Part shown: piece by piece, positions 27,485 to 36,187 of the stretch
Layout of the letters: each line of letters begins with the position of its first letter
Numbering within the stretch: the stretch's first letter is position 1
NCBI GenBank assembly: GCA_902602135.1
Contig: CACKQA010000001.1
Coordinates: 1-56,748, forward strand
Reading direction: 5' to 3'
Length of the DNA: 56,748 bases
Source of the DNA: an uncultured Alphaproteobacteria bacterium
GTDB taxonomy: Bacteria > Pseudomonadota > Alphaproteobacteria > HIMB59 > GCA-002718135
Notes under the pieces: generated by a model
The model's database searches: none
What the model saw: the letters and a program-made list of their open reading frames with translations, nothing else
What the model was told of the DNA's origin: nothing
Position numbers and translations under genes: made by a program

Positions 27485-29086
27485 TTACTGATCTCTAATA
27501 ATTAAGTCTGATGCTTTTTCAGCAATCATCATAGTAGGGGCATTCGTATTACCTGATGTTATAGTCGGCATCACAGAAGCATCAACAACTCTTAAGTTAT
27601 TTATTCCTTTTACTTTAAGATTATCACTTACAACTGAGTTTTCATCATTACCCATTTTACAGGTACTTACTGGATGAAAAATAGTGTTTGCAAATTTACC
27701 CGCTTCTTTTGCTAGAGATTGATTATCTTTAAATTGTATTCCCGGTCTATATTCTTCTGGTTCATAATTTTTATATGCTTTTGATTCTATAACTATTTTT
27801 CTTACAATTTTAATTGATTTTCCTGCAATTTCCCTATCTTCATCAGTAGATAAATAGTTCATTTTTATTTGAGGATAAATTCTTGTATCTGAAGATTTAA
27901 TTTCTACAGAGCCTCTACTTGTAGGTTGTATATTTGTTATTGTAGGAGTGAATGCTGGAAATTTATGTAGGTCTGCTTTTCCTAATAAATCAGTGCTAGC
28001 TGGCGAGATATGAAATTGTAGATTAGGGTTTTCTAAATACGAATCACTTTTAATAAAGCCACACAAGTAACTTGCTCCAACTGTTAAAGGTCCTTTTTTA
28101 TAAATTAAATAGTTTAATCCTGTTAAAAATTTTTTAGTAAAACTGTGATATATATCGTTTAATGTTTCTAAGTTTTTAATTTTGTAAACTGGTCTTAACA
28201 TTAAATGATCGGTTAAATTTTTTCCAACACCTTTAATTTCTTTTACAATATTAATATTATTTTCATTTAATAATTTACCTGGACCAATACCTGAAGCTTG
28301 TAATATTTGAGGAGATCCAATTGTTCCTGCAGACAATAAAACTTCTTTATTTACAGAATATGAAAATTCTTCATTGTTTTTCCATACATTTACATTTTTT
28401 ACTTTTAAATTTTCAAAGGTTAAATTTTTAACATGTGCCTTAGTTATAATTTTTAAATTTTTTCTATTTTTTATAGGATTTAAGAAAGCAACTGCAGCAC
28501 TACATCTATACCCTTTATCAATTGTCATTGGAAAATAACCCATTCCTTCGTTATCACCATCATTGAAGTCATTATTTTTTTTATAACCAAACTCTTGAGA
28601 CGCTTCCAAAAATAAATCCAATAATTTAAAATTTGATCTAATTTTCTCTACTTTGATAGGTCCATTGGTACCATGAAATTCACTTTTAGAAATTCTGTAA
28701 TCTTCAGATTTTTTAAAGTACGGTAATACGTCTTCCCAAGACCATCCAATATTACCTAATTGTCTCCAGTAATTGTAGTCATTTGCATGACCTCTTATAT
28801 ATAACATCCCATTAATTGATGAACTTCCACCCAATGTTTTTCCTCTTGGAATAAGCATTTTTCTATTATTACAAAATTTTTCCTCTTCAGTTGTAAAGCA
28901 CCAATCAGTTTTAGGATTATGCATTGTTTTAAAATAACCACCCGGAATATGTATCCAAGGATTAGTGTCTTTGCCTCCAGCCTCAATCAAAAGTACTTTA
29001 ATGTTTTCATTCTCTGAAAGTCTATTTGCTAATATGCAACCTGCTGTGCCTGCACCAATAATAATATAGTCAAAACTTTCGTTCAT
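27485..29086 (-). CDS. GMC-family FAD oxidoreductase (choline-dehydrogenase-like)
   Basis: FDYIIIGAGTAGCILANRLSE FAD fold, GMC signatures (GGSSSINGMLYIRG, GSPQILQASGIG) and 533 aa. Confidence 0.85.
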   Translation of the reverse strand: MNESFDYIIIGAGTAGCILANRLSENENIKVLLIEAGGKDTNPWIHIPGGYFKTMHNPKTDWCFTTEEEKFCNNRKMLIPRGKTLGGSSSINGMLYIRGHANDYNYWRQLGNIGWSWEDVLPYFKKSEDYRISKSEFHGTNGPIKVEKIRSNFKLLDLFLEASQEFGYKKNNDFNDGDNEGMGYFPMTIDKGYRCSAAVAFLNPIKNRKNLKIITKAHVKNLTFENLKVKNVNVWKNNEEFSYSVNKEVLLSAGTIGSPQILQASGIGPGKLLNENNINIVKEIKGVGKNLTDHLMLRPVYKIKNLETLNDIYHSFTKKFLTGLNYLIYKKGPLTVGASYLCGFIKSDSYLENPNLQFHISPASTDLLGKADLHKFPAFTPTITNIQPTSRGSVEIKSSDTRIYPQIKMNYLSTDEDREIAGKSIKIVRKIVIESKAYKNYEPEEYRPGIQFKDNQSLAKEAGKFANTIFHPVSTCKMGNDENSVVSDNLKVKGINNLRVVDASVMPTITSGNTNAPTMMIAEKASDLIIRDQ

Positions 29087-29160
29087 AATTTAGAAAAATT
29101 TATTTATTATATACTATTTAATTTAAACATATAACTAACTTAAATAATTAAAAATTTTCA

Positions 29161-30072
29161 ATGGATATATTATTTTCGATAATTGGATTAGGGCTTCTAG
29201 TTTTAGGTGCTGAAATAATTATAAGAGGTTCAGTTAGTTTTGGAAGAAAAATTAATATCTCATTGTTTGCAATTGGTGTTGTAATTGTAGCGGGGGGAAC
29301 ATCATTACCTGAATTGGCAAGCAGTATTAATGCAGTTCTTAATGATTTTTCGGATCTTGCTTTAGGCGCTGTAGTTGGAAGTAATATTGCAAACTTGATA
29401 CTTGTAATGGCTACTACAACATTAATTTTTCCAATTGTAAATATAAATAAAAATCAGATTAACCAAGCTTGGATAAATATTATTTTAGGAATTGTATTAA
29501 TTATTATGACTTTTTTTTATTTTAATTTCATTTTTGGATTAGTTGCAACTACATCATTAATTTATCTAATGTATGTTCAAATAAAAAAAGGAGAAATAGA
29601 TAATTTAGAAATAGATAAAAATGATTATTCTATAACAATCTCATTAATATTAATTATAATAGGTATAGCATGTTTAGTATTTGGTGCAGATTTACTTGTT
29701 GATTCAGCAATTAATATTGCAAGAACATATAATGTTCCAGCTTCAGTAATTGGATTATCATTAGTAGCTTTTGGAACTTCTCTTCCAGAATTTGCAGTTG
29801 GCATTGTTTCTGCCTTTAGAAAAAAGATTGATTTCGCTTTAGGAAATATTCTGGGTTCTAATATTTATAATGTATTAGGTGTTCTAGGTATTAGTTCATT
29901 TTTTGGTAATTTTAAAATTCCTACAGTTTTAGCAAATCAAGACTTATACTTCATGTTATCAATTACAGCATTAATTTTAATGTTTATGATTTTTGCAAAA
30001 AAAATTGGACGTATTTATGGAATTATTGGATTAACTTTGTATTTTGGTTATATGTATTTCATTTACATATAA
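29161..30072 (+). CDS. Ca2+/Na+ antiporter (CaCA / YrbG family)
   Basis: 303 aa polytopic protein with duplicated alpha-repeats (GTSLPELASS / GTSLPEFAVG). Confidence 0.8.
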   Translation: MDILFSIIGLGLLVLGAEIIIRGSVSFGRKINISLFAIGVVIVAGGTSLPELASSINAVLNDFSDLALGAVVGSNIANLILVMATTTLIFPIVNINKNQINQAWINIILGIVLIIMTFFYFNFIFGLVATTSLIYLMYVQIKKGEIDNLEIDKNDYSITISLILIIIGIACLVFGADLLVDSAINIARTYNVPASVIGLSLVAFGTSLPEFAVGIVSAFRKKIDFALGNILGSNIYNVLGVLGISSFFGNFKIPTVLANQDLYFMLSITALILMFMIFAKKIGRIYGIIGLTLYFGYMYFIYI

Positions 30073-30106
30073 TTTTAATTAATAAAAAAATTCTGTTAAA
30101 AGAATC

Positions 30107-30898
30107 ATGAACTTAGAATTACATAAATCAAAAAACTTATTAAAAATATTAAATACGGCTATAGATGCGGGTAAAGAAATTCAAAAAGTATATAAAAAAT
30201 CTTTTAATGTAGAAATAAAAGATGATAATTCACCTATTACCGAAGCTGATATAAAATCAAATAATTTAATTTTAAATAGATTAAAATCTTTTAGCCCGAA
30301 TGTTCCTATATTAAGCGAAGAAAGCCTAATAGAATGGAAAGAAAGAAAAACTTGGAATTCATATTGGTTAATAGATCCATTAGATGGAACTAAAGAGTTT
30401 ATAAAAAAAAATGGAGAATTTACAGTTAACATTGCATTAATAAAAAATAATTCACCAATATTTGGTATTATATATGCGCCTGCTAAGTCTTTGCTTTATT
30501 ATGCTTTAAAAAACAATGGCGCATATAAATTAATTACAGAGTCAAATATTGAAACAACTAAAGATTTTATAAAAATAAATTCAGTAAAAGACAAAAGTAA
30601 TTTAACCAAGGTTATTGGTAGTCGATCACATTCTAATAAAGATTTTGATAATTGGATAAATGATAATTGTAATAATTTTGAGTTAATCCAAATTGGTAGT
30701 TCTCTTAAATTTTGTTACTTAGCTGAAAGTAAGGCAAATATCTATCCAAGACTAGGCCCAACTTCAGAATGGGACATTGCTGCGGGACATATTATTCTTG
30801 AAGAGGCAGGTGGTTCAGTTAAAGATTTTAATAAAAATATATTACTATACAACACGAAAGAAAGTGTTATTAACCCTAATTTTATCGCTAAAATATAA
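30107..30898 (+). CDS. cysQ: 3'(2'),5'-bisphosphate nucleotidase
   Basis: Inositol-monophosphatase fold motifs WLIDPLDGTKEF and WDIAAGHIILEEAGG, at 263 aa. Confidence 0.8.
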   Translation: MNLELHKSKNLLKILNTAIDAGKEIQKVYKKSFNVEIKDDNSPITEADIKSNNLILNRLKSFSPNVPILSEESLIEWKERKTWNSYWLIDPLDGTKEFIKKNGEFTVNIALIKNNSPIFGIIYAPAKSLLYYALKNNGAYKLITESNIETTKDFIKINSVKDKSNLTKVIGSRSHSNKDFDNWINDNCNNFELIQIGSSLKFCYLAESKANIYPRLGPTSEWDIAAGHIILEEAGGSVKDFNKNILLYNTKESVINPNFIAKI

Positions 30899-30909
30899 AT
30901 TATAATCAT

Positions 30910-31323
30910 ATGAAAATACTTATTTGTGGTCTTCCTGGTGCTGGCAAAACTTGGTTAGCTGAAAGGCTTATTAAAGTAACTGATAATTGTGCTTGGTATA
31001 ACGCAGATGTAGTCAGGAAGTCAGCAAACGATTGGGATTTTACGATGGAAGGTAGAATACGACAAGCCAATAGAATGAAAACATTTGCCGATTTCGAAAA
31101 ACAAAATGGAAGATGGGTAATTTGTGACTTCGTAGCACCAACTGAAAAAGCAAGAGAAGCTTTTGAGCCTGATTTTGTTATCTGGCTGGATACTATTAAA
31201 GAAGGTAGGTTTGAAGATACAAATAAAATGTTTGAACAACCAAATAAAACTGACATTAAAATAACTAAATTTTTATCAGATGAAGAAATAGAAAATCTAG
31301 CAAAGGAAATTAAAAATGTTTGA
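30910..31323 (+). CDS. Small P-loop kinase, APS-kinase-like fold
   Basis: The P-loop is GLPGAGKT. The order of motifs parallels CysC: YNADVVRK aligns with LDGDNVR, RIRQANRM with ENIRRVGE, and CDFVAPTEKAR with AFISPHRAER. The substrate is unknown. Confidence 0.5.
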   Translation: MKILICGLPGAGKTWLAERLIKVTDNCAWYNADVVRKSANDWDFTMEGRIRQANRMKTFADFEKQNGRWVICDFVAPTEKAREAFEPDFVIWLDTIKEGRFEDTNKMFEQPNKTDIKITKFLSDEEIENLAKEIKNV

Positions 31324-31711
31324 TTGGAAAAAACCAACAGTACAAATGTTAGGTAGATGGCAACCATGGCATGACGGACATACAGAATTATTTAAAAGAG
31401 CACTTCAGAAAACAGGTCAAGTATGTATTATGTATCGCGACGTGGGAGGTGTAGATGCAGGTGTGGAAGGTCAAGCTGACAATCCATTTCAATTTGAAGA
31501 AGTAAAAGCAAAAATTAATGAAGGTTTAGCTCAACATGGTTTTACTGATGGAAAAGAATATGTAGTTGTTAAAGTTCCAAACATTATTGATATTTCTTAT
31601 GGAAGAGGAGTTGGCTATTCATTTACAGAACATGATTTAGGAAAAGAGATACATGATATCTCAGCAACAAAAATTAGAAATGAAATGAGAGTTAAAGGTG
31701 AATTAAAATAA
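31316..31711 (+). CDS. Minimal HxGH nucleotidyltransferase, NadM (archaeal-type NMNAT)-like
   Basis: GRWQPWHDGH (compare GRFQPFHxGH) and C-terminal ISATKIR (ISxTxIR), at 131 aa. It overlaps the kinase gene by 8 nt. Confidence 0.55.
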   Translation: MFDWKKPTVQMLGRWQPWHDGHTELFKRALQKTGQVCIMYRDVGGVDAGVEGQADNPFQFEEVKAKINEGLAQHGFTDGKEYVVVKVPNIIDISYGRGVGYSFTEHDLGKEIHDISATKIRNEMRVKGELK

Positions 31712-31712
31712 G

Positions 31713-33032
31713 CTAAATTTTTTCTCCTGCTGGTTTTCCATATCCAACATTTTTTTTCCCATATCTTCTCACTCTAACGTTACATTGTTCAGCGTGACCA
31801 ATAAATCCTTCAAGGTGTGAAAGTCTAGATCCATATTCTCCAATAAGTGTAGCTGCTTCATCGGTTGTAATCTTTTGATAAGTGTGGGTTTTAATAAACT
31901 TACCAACCCACAAACCACCAGTATATCTTCCAGCTTTTTTGGTAGGAAGAGTATGGTTAGTACCTATCACTTTGTCACCGTTAGCAACATTGGTTCTAGC
32001 ACCTAAAAATAAAGCGCCATAAGATGTCATTTTTTCTAAAAACCAATCATCTTTTTTTGTCATAACTTGAACATGCTCTGAAGCTATTTCGTTTGCTTTA
32101 GATAGCATCTCCTCATAGGTATCACACAAAATCATTTCTCCATAATCTCTCCAGCTAGTACTTGCTGTTTCTTTAGTAGGTAAAATTTCTAAAATTCTAT
32201 CAATCTCTTTAAATGTTTCTTCTGCAAGTTTTCTTGAGTTTGTTATCATCACAGCAGGAGAATTATATCCATGTTCTGCTTGTCCTAATAAGTCTGTTGC
32301 ACATATTTCACCATCAACAGTTTCATCTGCAATAACCATTGTTTCAGTTGGACCAGCAAATAAATCGATACCAACTTTGCCATACAATTGTCTTTTTGCT
32401 TCAGCAACAAATGCATTGCCAGGTCCAACAAGCATATCAACAGGTTTAATCGTTTCTGTACCTATAGCCATAGCACCAACTCCTTGCATTCCTCCCAAAA
32501 CATAAATTTCGTGAGCACCGCCCATTTTCATTGCTGTAACAACAGCTGGATTTGGCTTACCTTTAAAAGGCGGTGTAGTAGCAACAATTCTTGGAACCCC
32601 AGCAACAGAGGCAGTAACAACTGACATATGAGCAGAAGCTACCATTGGGAATTTTCCGGCAGGTACATAACATCCAACTGCTTGCACTGGTATATTTTTA
32701 TGACCAAGTATCACACCCGGATGCGTTTCTACTTCTAATTCACTTAATGTTTTAAGTTGTGCTTCCGCAAATGATCGCACTTGTTTTTGAGCAAATTTAA
32801 TATCTTCTTTGTCATCATCAGAGACTTCACTCATTAATTGATTTATTTGCTCTTTACTTAATCGAAAACTATCTGGAGAATAGTTATCAAATTTTTGAGA
32901 TAACTCTCTAATATGTTCATCTCCTTCTGATTCAATTTTACTTAATGTTTCCTCAACAATTTTTTTTACTTTATCATTATCTTCAATTCTTTGTTTTTCA
33001 TCCAAACCTTTTTTTAAATATTCAATTGCCAT
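31713..33032 (-). CDS. Histidinol-dehydrogenase-family NAD-dependent alcohol-to-acid dehydrogenase (HisD paralog; HpsN-like candidate)
   Basis: 439 aa with a HisD-type core ([18 protein letters not shown]-terminal EGFIGHAEQ). It starts 2 nt after the upstream SnoaL-like gene. Confidence 0.75.
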   Translation of the reverse strand: MAIEYLKKGLDEKQRIEDNDKVKKIVEETLSKIESEGDEHIRELSQKFDNYSPDSFRLSKEQINQLMSEVSDDDKEDIKFAQKQVRSFAEAQLKTLSELEVETHPGVILGHKNIPVQAVGCYVPAGKFPMVASAHMSVVTASVAGVPRIVATTPPFKGKPNPAVVTAMKMGGAHEIYVLGGMQGVGAMAIGTETIKPVDMLVGPGNAFVAEAKRQLYGKVGIDLFAGPTETMVIADETVDGEICATDLLGQAEHGYNSPAVMITNSRKLAEETFKEIDRILEILPTKETASTSWRDYGEMILCDTYEEMLSKANEIASEHVQVMTKKDDWFLEKMTSYGALFLGARTNVANGDKVIGTNHTLPTKKAGRYTGGLWVGKFIKTHTYQKITTDEAATLIGEYGSRLSHLEGFIGHAEQCNVRVRRYGKKNVGYGKPAGEKI

Positions 33033-33034
33033 AA

Positions 33035-34132
33035 TTATTTTTTATGAATTAATTTAAAGATATCAACACCTATTTGATCTAGTATGTGTGCTATATCGAT
33101 TGGTACCCAATTTTCTCTAATCAGCCCTTCATGATGTAAATAAAAATCCATAACTCTTATTGTAATTTTTTTATTAGTTGGCTCATAACCTAACCATTCT
33201 TTTGAACCATGAATGCATTCTATGCTATGCCAACCTCCAGTCATTGAATAATTACCATCACCAATTTCAATATAATGTCCAATTTTCCAATAATCCCTTT
33301 CTTTAAATGTAAGTCTAAATGGAAGTTGATGATATTCTACATATCCTTTTAAACCTCTTGCAGTTCCTATTCCTGCAGGTCCGTGCCACATCATTTTTGG
33401 ATGCCAATAATTTTTTTGAGGATGATTAAGTAATTTATCTCTTATATAATCTTTGTTTGAGTTTGGATCACTTTCGGGCTTAATATTTAAACTTCGCTGC
33501 ATGGCTAATGCTTGATTTAAAGATTCTAAAGATAATTCGTTGTCAAAATTTTCATTATTTTCTCCATCTCCAGTAATAGGCGCTGACCACATACCTTCTG
33601 CTCCTAAAGATTTATTAATTGGCCAGTGTCCAGCTTGTCTAATAAAATCAACTGTATCAATTAAAACATATGATTTTATAATTTTACCATTAGAGATTTG
33701 ATGAGCTTCGCAAGTTCTAAGATAAATATTTTTTTTTGTGGGTGTAACACCGAGCCATTCGTTGACAAATGTTCCAGTTAGATAGCTAACAAACGATACA
33801 AATACTTTGTCTCTATAAGATCCTCCAATTACAATTATATTTCTTCTTTCGAGATCTGGAAAAGCTTCTTTTAGAGGTATCCAAAGTTTATTTTTTATAT
33901 TCTCAACACCACTTATTTCATTTATTGGATGAAAAGCATTTAATTCAGCTTCTTCATGGTATAAGTTTTTTAAATTAACTCCTAATTCATCTAAAGGAGA
34001 TTCAGCAACTTTATTTAATAAATATTTAAATTTTTTTTTATTTTCTAAATTTTCACTTGTACTTAAATCTACAAAAATTATTTTCTTGTTTTCTTTTTCC
34101 CCTGTTTCAAAATCTTCAATTTTATTTGTCAT
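33035..34132 (-). CDS. Double NTF2/SnoaL-like (ester-cyclase-like) protein, paralog A
   Basis: 365 aa. It shares long motif blocks with 43316-44389: PDLERR, YWHPxxxWxGPAGIGTxRG, HQxPF and [11 protein letters not shown]...QIGxxIF. Confidence 0.5.
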   Translation of the reverse strand: MTNKIEDFETGEKENKKIIFVDLSTSENLENKKKFKYLLNKVAESPLDELGVNLKNLYHEEAELNAFHPINEISGVENIKNKLWIPLKEAFPDLERRNIIVIGGSYRDKVFVSFVSYLTGTFVNEWLGVTPTKKNIYLRTCEAHQISNGKIIKSYVLIDTVDFIRQAGHWPINKSLGAEGMWSAPITGDGENNENFDNELSLESLNQALAMQRSLNIKPESDPNSNKDYIRDKLLNHPQKNYWHPKMMWHGPAGIGTARGLKGYVEYHQLPFRLTFKERDYWKIGHYIEIGDGNYSMTGGWHSIECIHGSKEWLGYEPTNKKITIRVMDFYLHHEGLIRENWVPIDIAHILDQIGVDIFKLIHKK

Positions 34133-34179
34133 AAAAATTAATTACATACTAATAAATATTAATTGATTTATTCAATAAT

Positions 34180-34194
34180 TTGAATAATATTCAA
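34180..34194. promoter_or_regulatory. Palindrome TTGAATA-A-TATTCAA (candidate LacI-family operator) plus an adjacent TTATTCAA half-site at 34168-34175
   Basis: It lies in the 89-nt divergent spacer between 33035-34132(-) and 34222-35193(+). Its half-sites are the same as in the 16-bp palindrome at 38342-38357. Confidence 0.5.
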
Positions 34195-34221
34195 AAAAAA
34201 TGAATAAAATATCATAAAGAT

Positions 34222-35193
34222 ATGTCAATTAATATTACCACAAGATTAGCAAAATTTGAGGAACTTATTCCAAGTACTATTCCTTTTGTAGAAGGAAAAT
34301 TAAAGGGACATCAAGATAGGAAAAATTATTCTGTTATAGGCCCAGGTGTTAGTGAAGATGCTAAACAAAATGTTAAAATAGCTGAAGCGCATGGCTTCAA
34401 TATTGGAGCTGTAAGTGCTGCTCCAATGAACGGTTCTGGATTACATAGCCATACAACTGCTGAAGTATTTATAATTCATTCTGGTGCTTGGCGTTTCTAT
34501 TGGGGAGTTGATGGCACAGAAGGAGAGGTAATACTTAAAAAAGGTGATATTGCTTCTTTCCCTACAAATATGTTTAGAGGTTTTCAAAATGTAAGCAAAG
34601 AAGAAGCGTTAATGTTTGTAGTTTTAGGTGAAAATGATCCAGGTGTAATCACTTGGACTCCAAAACTTTTAAAAGATGCAAAAGATTCTGGTATGGTATT
34701 AATGAATGATAATTCTTTAGTAGATACAGAAAAACAGAAAATTACTGATGAAACTAAAATTATTCAACCATTAAAAGAAGATGAATTAAAGAGTTTTGAT
34801 CATTATTCCTCAGAAGATATAGAAAAGTTTGTCATTCGATTTGATGAAAAAGATAAATACTTTGTTGATGATGAACACTATCAATCCAATAAAATTATTA
34901 ATTACCTTGATCAATTTAATATTCATAATAAATCATTTATTCCAAACATACCGCATTTAACAGGATTTAGCCTTTCACTTCTCCATGGAAAAAATGCCCA
35001 TATACATGAATACAAATTTGAGAAATCAGAAGTATATCATTGTTTATCTGGTGAATGGGAAATAGATTGTGATGGAGAGAAAGTAGTAATTAAGGACAAG
35101 GATACTTTTTCAGTACCAAAAAACTCATCACGATCAATTAAGCAGATAAGTGATGAGGATGGAAATTTATTTATTATAAGACAAACAAATTAA
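34222..35193 (+). CDS. Bicupin protein
   Basis: 323 aa with an N-terminal cupin (GSGLHSHTTAEVFIIHSGAW...GDIASFP) and a second C-terminal beta-barrel-like half (YHCLSGEWEIDCDGEKVVIKDKDTFSVP). Confidence 0.55.
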   Translation: MSINITTRLAKFEELIPSTIPFVEGKLKGHQDRKNYSVIGPGVSEDAKQNVKIAEAHGFNIGAVSAAPMNGSGLHSHTTAEVFIIHSGAWRFYWGVDGTEGEVILKKGDIASFPTNMFRGFQNVSKEEALMFVVLGENDPGVITWTPKLLKDAKDSGMVLMNDNSLVDTEKQKITDETKIIQPLKEDELKSFDHYSSEDIEKFVIRFDEKDKYFVDDEHYQSNKIINYLDQFNIHNKSFIPNIPHLTGFSLSLLHGKNAHIHEYKFEKSEVYHCLSGEWEIDCDGEKVVIKDKDTFSVPKNSSRSIKQISDEDGNLFIIRQTN

Positions 35194-35205
35194 GAATTCA
35201 GTTAT

Positions 35206-36180
35206 ATGAAAGGTTTTAATAACAAGTTTGAAAATCTTCCAGATTATATTCTAAAAATAACTCATCAGATATGGGAAGAAAAAGATGTTAACTCAATTAT
35301 GGAATATTATGCTGAAAATATTCCTGTTAGATCACCTATGGGAATCATTTATGGACCTAATACAGTAGTTGATGCAACTAATGCAACTTTAGACGAATTT
35401 CCAGATAGGCAATTATTAGGTGAAGATGTAATTTGGATTGGTAACGAAGATGAAGGGTTTTTATCTTCTCATAGAATTCTTAGTAAAGCCACTCATATAA
35501 AAGATGGTTTATATGGGAAAGCAACAAATAAAAAACTTGTATACAGAGTCATTGCTGACTGCGCTTGTAAGAATAATCAAGTTTATGATGAATGGTTAGT
35601 TAGAGATCAAGGAGCAATTGTTAGACAGCTAGAAATAGATCCAAAAAAATATGCAGCAATTTTAATAAAGCAAGAAGGTGGAATAAAGAATTGCATTAAA
35701 CCATTTGATAAGAATTCATCTCAAGAAACAAGTTATGCACCACCAATTTTATCAAAAAATAATATAGCTGATCAATATGCAGAAAATTTAGAAAACATTC
35801 TTAATATTAATTCTAAATCTACAATTGAAAAAAATTATGACAGATCAGTTCAACAATTTCAACCAGGAGGTTTTGTTTGTTATGGTATCGATGATGTAAC
35901 ATATTTCTGGCTAAATTTAAGACAATCTTTCCCAGATGCTCTTTTTAGAATAGAACATAAAAGTTTTACTGTAGAAGAAAATCAACCAAAAAAAGTTGCT
36001 ATACGCTGGTCTTTAGTTGGGAAGCACAGTGGGAATGGTATATTTGGGCAAGCTTCTAATTCTGAGATTTATATTATGGGAATTAATCATGCCGAAATAG
36101 GACCAAGAGGTATAAAGAACGAATGGGTTTTATTTGATGAAACTGCAATTTGGAAACAAATCTTGATAAAAACAGGTTAA
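35206..36180 (+). CDS. Double NTF2/SnoaL-like protein, divergent paralog B
   Basis: 324 aa in two halves, each with a SnoaL-like pattern (ITHQIWEEKD...DEWLVRDQ; ...AIRWSLVGKHSG...NEWVLFDE). Confidence 0.45.
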   Translation: MKGFNNKFENLPDYILKITHQIWEEKDVNSIMEYYAENIPVRSPMGIIYGPNTVVDATNATLDEFPDRQLLGEDVIWIGNEDEGFLSSHRILSKATHIKDGLYGKATNKKLVYRVIADCACKNNQVYDEWLVRDQGAIVRQLEIDPKKYAAILIKQEGGIKNCIKPFDKNSSQETSYAPPILSKNNIADQYAENLENILNINSKSTIEKNYDRSVQQFQPGGFVCYGIDDVTYFWLNLRQSFPDALFRIEHKSFTVEENQPKKVAIRWSLVGKHSGNGIFGQASNSEIYIMGINHAEIGPRGIKNEWVLFDETAIWKQILIKTG

Positions 36181-36187
36181 TTAAAAA

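Noticed and set aside
30906-31367. A 153-aa ORF lies on the minus strand opposite the kinase/nucleotidyltransferase pair.
   Set aside because: The plus-strand ORFs carry recognisable catalytic motifs (P-loop, HxGH, ISxTxIR). The antisense product is a motif-less, Ser/Leu/Phe-rich sequence.
30910-31711. The kinase/nucleotidyltransferase pair could be read as a horizontally acquired islet on compositional grounds.
   Set aside because: My hand count of the first 100 nt gives about 37% G+C, against about 20% for the start of cysQ. However, xsc also gives about 37%. The value therefore matches other conserved enzyme genes in the window and is not evidence of foreign origin.
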